From assembly GCF_009914755.1 (NCBI RefSeq), contig NC_060929.1: a DNA stretch of 64,000 bases; one strand, given 5' to 3'. This document shows positions 39,881 to 62,856 of the stretch, piece after piece. Position 1 is the stretch's first letter, and each line of letters begins with the position of its first letter. Both the position numbers and the translations under genes were made by a program. The DNA comes from the human T2T-CHM13v2.0 reference genome, Homo sapiens. The notes under the pieces were generated by a model. It ran no database searches, was not told where the DNA came from, and saw only the letters and a program-made list of their open reading frames with translations.

Positions 39881-41489
39881 TTTTCCACCTTTGGTTTGAT
39901 GTCATTGGAAAAGAAAGAAAGAAAAAAGCATGAAACGGAAACTGGGTGGAGAGAAAAGATTAAAATCTCTGCTGCTGCCGATAGCTCCCCACAGCAAGAT
40001 GCTATTGCTCAGGGTTTCAGAGCCTAGTTTGTCGAAACCCATCCCCCTCGCCTCCGTTTTAAGACAAAAGTAAAAAATGAAGCAAGAGACAAGCCCGCAG
40101 TTTGCAGTAGATTTGGAAGAGGCGATGTTTGGCTGTGGTGATGCCCCAAAAGGGAGAGCTACGATGAAGTCTGCAGGGCGTGTGCCGGGTGTATTTTAAA
40201 TGCTTGGAAGTGACGTTTTAAGAGATTTGATGGCATAGCTGGGGAGGAAATGTATAGGAAATGATTGGATCATTTTCTCGGGTTTGATTTAATACATTGA
40301 GGCCCCAGGGAAAAGAGCTGCTTGTTTCACTCCGCGTCTGTAGCTAAGTTCCCCCAGGAAATTTAGAGACCTTCTGCAGGGTTTTTGGAAGTGTTAATCT
40401 AACATACAGTAATGGTGGGAATTGAGCCAGGTGGTAAACTGATGTTGATTGGAACCGCAAATAACGGCTTGTGTTTGTCATGTTTCAGATGCTTTCGGTG
40501 CATACAGATGTCAATCCTCCTTTTATCAAATAAAATGTCCTATCTTAGACGATCTACAATTTTATATTTTAGAAGTAAGGAAAGCCAGCCAGTACGATGA
40601 AAACGTAGATTAACCCTGGTGCGGCCGGCCGGTTACTGGTTTGTTTTGCTATCATCAGCCATGTGTTGCAATCCGTCCCCACTCAGGCTTGGACTCCCAA
40701 AATGACTAGTTAAGAATTTCACTTCTTGGTTTTATAAACACGGCCCAAATTGTGGCAATGCAGTTAATCCTTAGATCTCTTCAGAGCACATGGATCTAGC
40801 ACATGCTTTTTTTCTATGACCTTGGGCAGCCTGCGGGTTCCTTACTGCTTTAATAAAATGGGAATAACAGATGCCACTTAACTGTCACCACAGTGTTTGC
40901 AAATCACCCCTACTGTATACTGTCATCTGATTTCATCCTTTTCATCCTGACTTGGATAAGGCTAACGAGCAAAAGAGCTGTGGTTTTTCTTTGTACTGCC
41001 ATCTTCTTGAGCTATTAGGTAATGCTGACATACTGCTAGAATATAAAAAATTTGCTGGAGTATCAAAATCATGTATTCCTTAGTGTGGCATTTAATATTT
41101 TTTAATTATGCAGAATTGAAGTATAAAAAAAAGAGAAAAAAATCTTCCTAGAAAAATTGTAAAAGATGAAAGCCCAAAAAACTGCAAAACCCTCCCTAAA
41201 CAAAAACCAAATAGATAACCAAAGGTAATATTTTAATGTGCATTCTTGTGGGTTTATAGCTATGTAAATATACATAGTTATAGATCAGTATATGTGTGTA
41301 CAGATAAGGAATGCAGGAAAGCTAATATTGATTTTTTTATGCAACAATCACAGTATTAAGTAATTTACATCCATTTTTTTTTTCTTTTAATTCATACCAA
41401 ACCCTTATGAACCAGGGTTTGTTCTCATTGTCAAAGACTCAAAGTGGCTCAGTAACTTGCCTCAAGGTCACAGGCTGCTAAGTAGTGAT

Positions 41490-41765
41490 TATAAGGATAT
41501 ACACACACTCACCTACTTAAAACACAGGCTCACAGTCCAGATATAGGTGTATGCATTAGCAGATATATACACATGCATATGTATTCTCTTATGTACCCAT
41601 ATATACGTATACAGACATATCTTTGTACATTTGTGTGCAGTTTTATGAGCCCCGATCATACTTGCACATACTTTTGCACGTGTCCATGTGTATCTTGTTC
41701 TCAGACATGTGCATTCATACATTTGCACATGTGTATCATGCACATGTATCTACAAAGGCATGCTA
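41490..41765. repeat. Degenerate alternating purine-pyrimidine (TA/CA/TG) tract
   Basis: e.g. atatatacacatgcatatgtat, catatatacgtatacagacatat, tgcacatgtgtatcatgcacatgtat. Confidence 0.75.
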
Positions 41766-42268
41766 GATAAATAATGAAATAGGTTCATAATTCTATTTTG
41801 TAATGTTCTTCACACAATGTTATTAATGTCTTCTATATAAAATATTTTTAATGTCTGCATGGCATGTAATTGTATGGCTGAATCATAATTTAACTAATTG
41901 CTTATCTTTGGTCACTAAGAATGTTTACAGTTTTTTTCATTGAAATTTATTTCACATACGTCTTCAACCGTTTCCTTAGCATAAATTACTAGCCATGGAA
42001 ATGCCTGGTCAGCGAATATGCATTTTTAAAAGGCTTTTGAATTATAGAATGATGGTGAATTGTCCAGGCAACTTGATAGGAGCATGATACTCTTTGGTTG
42101 TCACACAGGGCTGTTCTGACTTCTATTTGATCTGGTTAATCAAATTGAGCTAGTTTTCTCACCAAGTAAATGTAATGGAAAACTGTATGATTCATTCATA
42201 AATGCAAACACAGTTTTGTCTTTATGGTCTTTTTATTGGTAGTGTAATATGTGGACAACTTGAATTTA

Positions 42269-43317
<1,049 letters not shown>

Positions 43318-44059
43318 AGGCTAGGCTTATAGGTTCCCCTGGCATTATTTTATTTTTTTTTTCATTTTTGCCTTTTGAAACTGAGACTGTCTCAGACAGT
43401 ATGGAAGCACTATTTTAGAAAGACCTAAGTAGGCCCATACTGAGTGCTGAGAAACCTGTTGCGTGTTTCTCTCTCTGAGGACGTTAACTCCCGTTCATCC
43501 ATAGATGAACGCAGATCTTCTGCGGTAGATGTGTGCATGAATTTTGCCAATTCATTTCAAGTATTTTGGGATACTTGGATTTGAATTCAATGTAAGTGGG
43601 TGATGATGACACTGCCATGTAGGTTCAAACAGATTACAGAATGTTTAGTTCTGGACTTGCCTCATTACCTGCTAAAGAAGTTGCCCACTTGTGAGCATCA
43701 CCAATACTCTGTATGATAGTTTGATGACATTATAGTGCAGATTTTGGAATGGTATACTTTTGGATAAATTCTCTCAGGATTATGGAGGAATATTTTGATG
43801 AGCATAAGAATTTCATCTCTGATAGGTCAAACCATATTCATGTTAAATTATTAGATGAAGTAATGATCCTGGAGGAAGGAATGAATAGTGCTTATGTGGC
43901 TTTTTTGCTTATTTTTCAGTTTCAAAAGAAGTTATATCACAGAATGCCAACATAACCTAAATGTCAAAGTTTCTTAAGTTATATGCTGTATTTGTGGCCT
44001 ACATGGTCAGTGATCAAAGAAAATTTATAAAAATATTAGGAAGATGGGTAAATTATTCC

Positions 44060-45165
44060 TTTGAAAACTTTAATTGTGGTAAAATACACATAAAATTTAC
44101 CATGTTAACCACTTTTAAGTATACAGTTTAGTGGCATTAAGTACATTCACATTGTTGTGGAACCAGTCCATCTCCAGAACTTTGTCACCTTGCAGAACTG
44201 AAACTCCATATCCATTAAACAATAACTCTCCATTCCCCCTCCTCCAGCCCCTGGAAGCCACCATTCTACTTTCTATGTATTTGACTACCGTAGGTACCTC
44301 TCATAAGTGGAATTAGACAGGATTTGTCCTTTTGTGACTGGCATATGTCACTTAGCATAATGTCTTCAGAGTTCATCCATGTTGTAGCATGTGTCAGAAT
44401 TTCCTGCCTCTTTAAGGCTGAATAATAGTCCATTTTATATATGTACCACATTTTGTTTATGCATTCATTTGTTGACGGATGCTTGGTTTGCTTCTACCTT
44501 TTGGTCATTGTGAGTAATGCTGCTATAAAAAACATGAGTCTACAAATATCTTTCAAGTCCCTGCTTTCAGTTCTTTTGGATATACCCAGAAATGGAATTG
44601 CTGGGTCATACGGCAATTCTATTTTTAAGTTTTCGAGAAACTCCCATACTGTTTTCCATGGCAGCTTCACCATTTTATTTTCCCACCAACAATGCATAAG
44701 GATTCCAATTTCTCCATATCCTCAACATACTTGTTATGTTCTCTTTTTTGTTTTTGTTTTTTTGATAGTAGCCATCTAATGGGTGTGAAGTGGTATCTCA
44801 TTGCAGTATTGATCCCTATTTCCCTAATAATTAGCGATGTTGAGCATCTTTTCATGTGCTTATTGGCCATTGATATTTTCTTTAGAGAAAATGTGTATTC
44901 ATGTTCTTTGTTCATTTTTGAATTGAGTTTTTTGTTGTCGAGTTGTAGGAGTAATTTCTTCATGATGTTTACATTTTCAACTTTTTACTATGGAAATTTC
45001 AAACACATACAATAATAAAGTAGTGTAAGAAATTTTATGTACCATCACCCAGCTTCAGCAATTGTGAATGAATGGCCAATATTATTTCACTTATACTCAC
45101 CACATTATTTTGAAACGAATCCTAGAAATCATATATTGATAAATATTTCTATGTGTAACGCTAAA
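44060..45165 (-). mobile_element. L1M (MA/MB-type) 3' end, antisense to NDFIP1, plus an older L1 fragment
   Basis: ttaattgtggtaaaatacacataaaatttaccat; ggatatacccagaaatggaattgctgggtcata. Confidence 0.8.
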
Positions 45166-45746
45166 AGAAAACAAATGGTATGATATTTCAAGAAGATATC
45201 ACATGAGGAATATATCATGAGAGCTCTCTTGTAATCTGTGAGGAGTATGGAAACAGGATTTGTCAGTGTCGGGCTGTGGATCCATAACTAACTGTCCTTT
45301 GTATTGATTGGGCTCACTCTTGCCAAGCCTCATGCTTTGTTTTTGTAGCAGTGATAGATTCCTGTTAATCTATCCTTGTTTTCTTACCTGATCCCATGGG
45401 TGACCACTTGTTAGGCAAGATTTATTTGGCTTAATCATACTATCTGTGTCCTGAAAATAGGGCAGTGCTTCCTGGTTTGGGCAGAAACCAAGGCCCAGTT
45501 GAACTGCTCTAGGGAATTTTGCTCTAAGCTGATGCCACCAGTAGTTTAACTGCACATAACTTCAAATTGTTTTATCCTAGACATTAATTATATTTCATAA
45601 TTTTATGGTAGATTATAAAGTAAATCCTACCATGAGAATAACTTCATATTTTTATTAAGAAAGAAAAAAAGTCTCCAAGAGATTCAAGTGACATCCTCAG
45701 ATTTATTTGTTTTTAGGGCTTTAAAATAATTATTTTGGTTTCTTAA

Positions 45747-48548
<2,802 letters not shown>

Positions 48549-48559
48549 GAAACATTTTT

Positions 48560-50120
48560 AATTTTTCAGAAACACTGAGAAGACAGTAGAGAGTTTCCAT
48601 ATGCCCTATGCCCAGCTTTCCCTATTAGCATCTTATATCAGTATGGTACGGTTTTCACAATTATTGAACCAATATTAGTACATTGTTATCAATTAAAGTC
48701 TGTACTTTGTTCAGATTTTCTAAGTTTTTACCTAATGTCCTTTTTCTGTTCCAGGATCCCATCCAGGATCCAGGATGATATAATGTGGTAATGTTACATT
48801 TAGTCGTCCTGTCTCCTTAGGCTCTTCTTGGCTGTGAGTTTCTCAAACTTTCCTTGTTTTTGATGAGCTTGACAGTTTTGAGGAGTATTGGTCAGGTCTT
48901 TGTAGAATGTCCCTCAATTGGGGTTTGTTTGATGTTTTTCTCATGATTAGACTGGGGCTGTGGATTTGGGGGAAGACCACAGGTAAAGTGCTGTTCTCAT
49001 CACATCATATCAAGAATGCACACTTTCAACATGACTTATCATTGTTGACATTGACCTTGATCACCTGGCTGAGGTAGTGTTTCTCAGGTTTCTCTTCTGT
49101 AAAGATACGTTTTACCCCACTTTCCATACTTACTCTTGGGAAGGAAGTCACTATGCATGGTCCACACATAAGGAGTGGGGAGTTATGTAACACCTCGCTG
49201 AGGGCCAAGTATTGACATGAATTATTTGGAATTTCCTGCATGGGGCATTTGTCTCTGCTCTGATAATTTGTTTAGTATTTATATCTGTATAGACTCATAA
49301 ATATTTATTTTATTCTTCCAATTATCCAATAACTGCTTTATTTTATTGCTTAAATTGCATACCTCCATCATTGTGGATTTTTTTTTAACCACTTCCATAC
49401 TTTTTGGCACTAGGCTCATCTTATATATTTCCTGCACTATCCTAGAATCAGGCATTTTTCCAAGGAGCCTAGGTTCCTTTTATTGAAAAATAATACTACA
49501 AACCAAGATCTGTGCTCCTTGCTACTAGGGTGTCATTGCTTTTAGGCCTTCTAAGCTGACAGAGCAAGGAACTATATATGTCTGTATATTAACCTGTGGG
49601 TATACACATCTGTAACTATTTCTGTATGTACCATCTATCTATATTAAGCTAAACATAAGTTCATACTAATATCTCCACCTCTAATTTGTTACCATATGGG
49701 TCACTCTAGCCTACTCCCCTTATCTATAAACTCCCACTCCAACATGGAGAAACCTGGCTCACTTCCACCATCCATTTACATCATTCTTCAGTTCTGATAT
49801 ACATGTGTAAGTTGTATCAGAATTATTAACCCACACCCCTGTGGGAAATAGTATTATAACCACTACAGGACAAAGCATATGTACAGTTCCTTTGCCTTTA
49901 GTCTTAAAAACTCTACTTATTTCCAAATGTTACTTAGGTCAGCACCTTTTCCTCCACCCACTTGAGTGAGGTTGTTTCAAACATTTATAATACAGTTATC
50001 TTGTTTTGTCACATTTTGCATACATCCTCCAGCCACCTAAGTGGATTTTTAAAATTTGCATACCTTGAGATTCTTTCTTTGTGCTATCAAGTTCTATAAA
50101 TTTTCACAAATGCATAGTGT
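48560..50120 (-). mobile_element. Old L1MC/MD 3' region, antisense
   Basis: ccaggatcccatccaggat, tgtagaatgtccctcaattggg, ccttgatcacctggctgaggtagtg motifs. Confidence 0.72.
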
Positions 50121-50394
50121 CTTTTTTTTTCTTTTTAAACAACACGTTTTAAGAAAAATGGTAGGACTGATTTTTCTTTATTTTCCAAACTTTCTGCTAA
50201 TGATCATGTTTGCTTTCTTTTTAAAGTACCTTTAAAGAAAATTTTATTTAGAAATAATTTTAAACTTAGAGAAGGTTGCAAGAATAGTATAACATAACAC
50301 TCATATATCTATTACCAAATTCATCTTAGACTTATTGTTAAATTTTGATTAACAATGAATACAATCCTATAAAAATTGAAAGCGCTACAGATAA

Positions 50395-50841
<447 letters not shown>

Positions 50842-52539
50842 TAAATCTCATTTTCACTTGTACTTCTACCAGTACCTGGTGCCACCAGTTCTTGAGCTTT
50901 TGGGGGATACAAAACAGGTTGTTTTTTGGCTTTCTGGTTTAGGATTTAGCTTTCTTGGGTCTGCTGAGTCAGTTACCACTTGTCATCCTGCTTCTAGCTT
51001 TCAGAAATTTATTGCTGCTTCCTTTCCTGTTGCTTGTAAGTTTTTTTGCCTTTAAACAAACAACATTTTACTCACATTTATATTTAAGAGGGTTTCAGGA
51101 GGAATAAGAGGCAACTGTCTAATCTTTAATTGGACATTATACAGTAAGTGTAATTCTTTGTGTTTCATTTGCTAAACTTGCAGACTTAGTGAGGCCAAAA
51201 ACACCAGCCATGTCACTGTTCTGTCCCCAGACCCCACATCAGTTGTGGCCTGACACATTTAATGAGAGTTGTTAAATTAACCTAGCAGTTGAATACTTGT
51301 AGAATGAAACATTCTGTGATGATAGTGTAACAGGAAAGGTATTAAATGCTTGATGCACCTACTTTTTGGCTCTCTTTGTTCTTGAAGGAAGAGGGGACCT
51401 CATGACCAGGCCTGAATCAAGGTGGACTCTCCTGAATAGAATACCTTTTCCCACCCATAATGTCTACCTGAGTATGCTCTACTCCAGGCTAATGAGCAAG
51501 CATAGCTTTTGGAACTTCTCACTATCAGAGCTGAGCAGGCTGCAGTCAACATGCAAGCCTGGGTTCTAGGCATGGCTCTGTCACTGTCTTTCAGTGTCTA
51601 CATTTGATTTCACTGTCTTTTCAATGTGGAATATTCCATTCTTGGGATATACTAATTGGTTGTTTTTAGAAGAAACAATATTGTAGGAATTACATTGTGA
51701 TCAAGATAAGTTTTCCTTCATATATAATACAAACTTTAATTGAACACCTGAGCACTTAATGCTAAGTGCTGTAGGTTGAATACTAAATGTTAAACATTTC
51801 TCATTTCTAAAGAGATAAAGGTTGGAGATGCCTGTTTCTCCTTTGTGTTTCTTTTCTGTTATTTCTTTCTAAAATTGGTAACTATAAAGCCATACTATTC
51901 TTTTCATTTTTATTGTGAAATTATGGATACATATGAAAGGAATACATAGTATAGATATACCTTGTGCAAAATAACAATAATAAATCAGAGACCTGTGACT
52001 GCCATCCAAATCATAGCAATCTTTTTTGAAAGTTTGTTTGTTTCACACGTATTCTTTTAGACCAGTCAGTAGGAGAGAGCTGCTTTTGCCTTAGTTGCTT
52101 TGTAAGGCCATGTTTCTCCTCAACTCTTCCATGTTTAAAATGCACTCCTTGTGCTGAGTACTGATGGGGATACCATACCTGCTGTTCTCCTCTCCTGAAA
52201 CCATCATCACTGTCCTCTCTACAGTTATAGCAGTCATCTGTGTATGGCTACATGCATAGCCTGTGAATTTATTTGGAGATTTGTAAAGTAATATGAATAC
52301 TTTTCATAGATGCGAACTGGTAAGTTAAAATGGTATTAAGATTAGCTGCTATTTCTTCAGCTAAGTTTCTGTTAGAAATCCACCTCCATGCCTGTTTTGG
52401 CCAACACTCACTAATGTATCCATGCTGTGCCACTCACTGGTAAGTGCTGGGGTGAACGCAGTGATAAACCATGCAAAGGTCTCAGTCCACAGAGGGCTCA
52501 CAGTCTGCATCACTATTCCTCGTACAGTCTTTTTCTTCT

Positions 52540-53947
<1,408 letters not shown>

Positions 53948-55344
53948 ATAAAATAATTCTTGAATAGATGCCAGTTGTAGTCCATGGTCTTTTGTGACTT
54001 TTTTTTCTCCTTTGGAAGGAGCTGCTTAATGTATCATTTTAAATGACAAATAATTAGGAGCTTGTTTGTGCTTCCATGTTTCTATTTTAGAGCTTTAACA
54101 TATCTTAGATGAAATCTATATACGGGGTCTTGAGAGGTTAAAACAGAATGTATTTACCACCTTTGCATTTAAATTATGGACTAGATTTTATATAAATTAT
54201 TTTAAAATGAGTCTGATACAGCCATTATTTTTAGTATTGTTTACTCTGTAAACAAAAGATGACCAGTTCCTGCTATTCTGTCAAAGTCAGGGAGCCAGGT
54301 GTGTAGTCTCCTTTTCAACTTGTCTTTCTCTAGGGCTTTAAATCCTTCTCAAATGGGCCCTGGAGCTCTGAGCTAAGCCTGAATTTTCTTATGGAACCAA
54401 GAAGTGGAGAAAAAGAACTCACATTACTGAGGATATGGACTGGTTATAAATAGTGTAGATGCTACTTCTTAATTTAAAATGCTATATGTTCATGAGCAGC
54501 TAGACTTGCTATTAACTATTTGGAAATATTGAACAATTGTCGCTCCTTATTTCCGTAGTCTTTGTAAGATCATGACCCATCAAGGACCTACCGTTAACCT
54601 CAAAGGCTCTTGGCTGTAGGTTTTCCTCAAGCTGGGTGCCAGAAAACAGAGGATTATTTGCTTGATAATATCTTGGTGGAGCCATCAGTACTAGAAATAT
54701 TTGGATGTCAGACACAGATCCCAGGGGTTGGCAGGTTGATGATAATTTTCTGGTGCCACCCCAAAACCTTGCAGTGCTACTACCATAACCATGGTTGGCT
54801 AATTAGTGCCTTCGGGGATGAGGGTTGATTTCTGCTAGTTCCTTGCCTTTCTCTTTGGATGGCATGCCTTCACTTGTTACTTGGACCTATGTAAAGAATA
54901 GGAAGATCAGAAGAAAACCATAAAATTGATGATCATAGGTCACAGTATTTGTGCTTTCATTTCTAAGGACTCATTCTAACATAAATAATTTTCTCTTTCA
55001 AAACCAAGGTGTACTCATCAGTTATATTGATACATATTAACAGTGATGATAACCACAAAAATTTTAAATAGAAAGCTTTACAAACGGTTAGCTTTGTGAG
55101 GGGATTTACTGCAAAATTAGGGTATTCTTTTCATCTGTTATTGTATTGACTTTTTAAAACATTATTCTGATTACTTAGTTTTTCCTTTGGCAAATTTTGA
55201 TTTTTAAATGTGTTTTCATTTTGCTATTGAGAGGATTTTCATTTATCTTTTCCATGGGAGATATTGAGGATAGTCTAACTCTGGTAATTGGTTTGGTGGG
55301 TTTTTCTTTTCTTTTTTTTGGCTCCCTATGAGCAACTTGAAGAT

Positions 55345-56480
<1,136 letters not shown>

Positions 56481-57519
56481 TTAGTCTCTCTTATCTTGTC
56501 AGAATTATTTAAAATATCTTCCCCTAATTAATAACAATTAGATAGAGAATTTTTCTTGAATGTAAATAATTTGGTGATGTTAGAATAACAGAGTTTATAT
56601 TTACAATATATAAAGTAAATGTACAGGCCACACAAACTTAATGATTATTTCTGAACAGCAGTAAAATAGCATACTCAGCTGTTTACCAAAAGAAATGTGC
56701 TTGTTTACTTTTTGTAATTATACTGCCTTGTTTTGGTAGGATTTAGGGACTATGCAGAAGTAGTGGGTTGGTAATGAGAGCTTTAAAAATTGCATTTTAA
56801 GGTAAAAGTTTTAGCAATTAACTCTAAGATAGAAGTAGTAAATAACATTCAAAACTAGAGTTCAAGCATTGACCCAGAATTTTCTGATATTTATTTTTAA
56901 TAACTTAAAGAAGGGACTTGAAACTTACAAGAATTTTCTTGCTGTTTAAATATGACCAAACCAAGAAAAAATTAAGTAGTGAAAATACTTGCAACTTTAT
57001 GGACTTACTGGATACTTCAGCATTATTTTTCACGTGCTTTGTTTGTTTGTTTGTATGAATTCTGAGGTGTATGTTGATACCTTTTCTCATATATAAGGAT
57101 TTATGGGTTTTGTTTAGTGTAGGGTTTTTTGTTGTTCTCTCATTCTTAGTAAATATAGATAATCCAAGAATGACTTTTAAGTGCCTTTAGGTCCTGCCAT
57201 TTGCTACAGTTATAAATGTTGCCCCTTGCTTAGCCCTAATCCTAGCCCCAGCTCTGCTATTGCTTAAAAACAACTCATTTTAGAACTGCTTAGTGAGGAG
57301 GGCGGTGGTGAAGCTTTCTTGCTGATTGGGAACTCAAATAATAGTTTAAATCTGTAGGGTATAATGTCTTAAACTTGTTAAATTCAAGTTTGTTTCTATT
57401 AGAATTAGAACTATATATGATTTCTGTGTTGGAGATTCATAAAAATGTCATATTTATTTTTAATAACAATAGGACCTAGATACAGAGGAAGGTGATAAGG
57501 AGGGAAAAAAAAACGCTCT

Positions 57520-58480
<961 letters not shown>

Positions 58481-60158
58481 TCATATTTGAAGTTTAGTAA
58501 AATTGATCAGAAATTATATGACAGGAAAAAAAATCCAGTGTCCAACAGCTATTTATTATCTATCACAGTCACTCAAAGGATATCCCCCCTACCCTTGCCC
58601 AACATCTCTGTGCACTGAGAGCAGAAGTTCCCAGATCTGTCCCAGTTTTCAGATCTGTCTCTCTGAGTATCCCCTACAACCCAGATTCTGTGACAGTTAA
58701 ATTGGACTCGGGCTTCCACTGACCCAGTTGATGGAAGAGACTGAGCATCTTTCCAACTCTAACCCAAACGTGACAATGCCGCGTATTCTTTCAGAAAGTG
58801 TCAGGAAAGAGCCCGAAGATCCCTGAGCTCCAGGGACATGGCAGGGAGGCTGCACAGAAGGGTTCCCAGGGGTGGAAAAGGGGAATCTTAAAAATAAATT
58901 TTGGAACCAAGTAATCAATTTTATAGCACACTCTAGTTCTAGCGCACATGGTTCCTCCACTTGTTAGTGAATGCCTGACTTGTTGCCCCTGAAGTGTAAA
59001 AAGATGTATATTTAAGGATTCCATTGTTCAGCAAGTTATTATGCATGCAGATGGCAGGCACTAAGTGCTTACTCTTTTTGAAGGTGATTGCCTCTCCCCG
59101 CGATCCCCCTACATTGCAGTGTTTTGTTTTAAACAGCTTTCTTGATGGAGCCTAATCTTATCACCAGCATTATAGAAATAAGCCAGAGTGAGAAGCCTGT
59201 ACAGTGAGGTCTTGGGATTATACCATAGTCATAATGGTGTTTTAAATTGTTTTTATTTTTCAATTGAAAAAAGTACACTATTCTAAAGTAGTGAATTTTA
59301 GTGGAGCAAACTCTTCACCTGGAAGTGTTTTTTTCCTTACCAAAGTGAAAATTGGTGGTTCTAAGAAGGCTGGAATTTATTTGCACTGTCATCTTTTACT
59401 ATGGTGGGGGATGATCAAATTTAACATTTCCAAGTTTCCAGGAGACAGGCAGCCTATCTTATAAATATTGTCATAGAAGACCTCTTAACCTCTTTGTTCT
59501 TTGGATTTCTGTATTTCTTAGAATTGTCATGCTTCCTTTCTGAGACCTAAATTATGCAGGGGTAACGTGATTACTTTGACACCAAGCTCAGGAAATATAA
59601 AACGGGTTAAGTATAAACCAAGCTAGGTTTAAATGAAGTTCATTACTGGCTACAGTATATTAAGGGAACATATTCGAAAAGTCTGTATTTGCCTTTGTTC
59701 TTGCTGCTGACTCTTCTGCTTCTTTTGGTGACCTTCCCACAGCACAAGAGTGGTTAGGTGTGAGGAGGCTAAGAATACCTTGCCAAGAGCTTCAAATAAT
59801 GTTAAAACCAGTATTTTAGGTGAACCATGGTCCCAAGAACTCTATTTAAGTAATTCCTAGTTCGGTGTCCCAGGAGCATTTGGCTTTACTGCACCTATTT
59901 TGGCCACATGTCTTTGTTTAAAAGGAAAAATTATCTTAGGTTATAATACAGCTATTTTGGGAGTACCTTAAGTTTAACATTAGATTACTAGGATTCGAAA
60001 AAATGTACCCAGATGGTAGATGCTGATGAGAATTTGACACAAGAATTCATTTGAAATTGAAGCTTTTGTAGTATTAGTCAGAAAAATTTATTGACATCTG
60101 GTTTTGAACAGCATAGTGAGTGGAGATTGAGATGATCAGTTAAAATTTAATGGATTGT

Positions 60159-62094
<1,936 letters not shown>

Positions 62095-62321
62095 TAATTT
62101 TTGCTGACACAACACTTATATGTACCCATTTTGCCTCTTTGAATATTTCCATAGAATAACTTCCTGGGAGTAGAATACTTTTCTTAAAGGATTTGTGCAT
62201 TTCAAGGCTTTCAAAATACGTTGCCAAATAGCTTTCGAGAAAGGCTATTTATTTCAGTTTTTGGGTTCTTATCTTTCTAATTGGCTTTATGCTTACATTA
62301 AAATATGAAATTTTTATTTAG

Positions 62322-62409
62322 TTGCAGAATGAAGAAGAGTCTGGAGAACCTGAACAGGCTGCAGGTGATGCTCCTCCACCTTACAGCAGCATTTCTGCAG
62401 AGAGCGCAG
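62322..62409 (+). CDS. NDFIP1: NDFIP1 coding exon 2 (LQNEEESGEPEQAAGDAPPPYSSISAESA, 88 nt; PY1 PPPY at 62373-62384)
   Basis: Acceptor tttttatttag|TTG, donor CAG|GTAGGT; phase 0 join to exon 1 keeps the frame; PPxY motif. Confidence 0.96.
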
Positions 62410-62725
62410 GTAGGTAACAGGGCAAGGTGATCACGGAATCCTTAAAAACACTCTGTGCTTTGACATTACAGTTTAAAAAAAAAAAAGCTTCAGAAGCAGT
62501 TGGAAGAAAGGTTACAAAGCAAGTCTGGATTTTAAATAATTGAGAAGTGGATACATTTAAAAATCACCCCCAGTCTCTTACATTCATCTAAGAATGTCTT
62601 TTGGTTCAATTGTTATGTATGTACTCTTAAGGGAATGGCTGGGTTTTGTCTGCTAGAGTTAGTGGAACTCCTTTTATTTCAATTCAGCTAATCATCAAAA
62701 AATTGTGACTGTTAAAATTCTGCAG
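62410..62725 (+). other. NDFIP1: NDFIP1 intron 2 (316 nt, GT-AG)
   Basis: GTAGGT...TGCAG between exons 2 and 3. Confidence 0.93.
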
Positions 62726-62856
62726 CATATTTTGACTACAAGGATGAGTCTGGGTTTCCAAAGCCCCCATCTTACAATGTAGCTACAACACTGCCCAGTT
62801 ATGATGAAGCGGAGAGGACCAAGGCTGAAGCTACTATCCCTTTGGTTCCTGGGAGA
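62726..62856 (+). CDS. NDFIP1: NDFIP1 coding exon 3 (AYFDYKDESGFPKPPSYNVATTLPSYDEAERTKAEATIPLVPGR, 131 nt; PPSY 62764-62775, LPSY 62791-62802)
   Basis: Acceptor ttctgcag|CA, donor AGA|GTGAGT; phase 1 join to exon 2 (G+CA=Ala); two more PY motifs; transmembrane-coding exons lie outside the window. Confidence 0.96.

Noticed and set aside
38783-39905. Antisense and overlapping ORFs of 100-200 aa in the CpG island
   Set aside because: Expected in GC-rich DNA, with low-complexity products and no recognisable domain; a divergent non-coding transcript cannot be judged from sequence
58690-58830. Exon-like stretch with short ORF MEETEHLSNSNPNVTMPRILSESVRKEPEDP
   Set aside because: No convincing splice-site pair, no recognised homology, only 31 codons
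62734-62751. DYKDES resembling a FLAG tag
   Set aside because: Native NDFIP1 sequence, not DYKDDDDK; no sign of engineering
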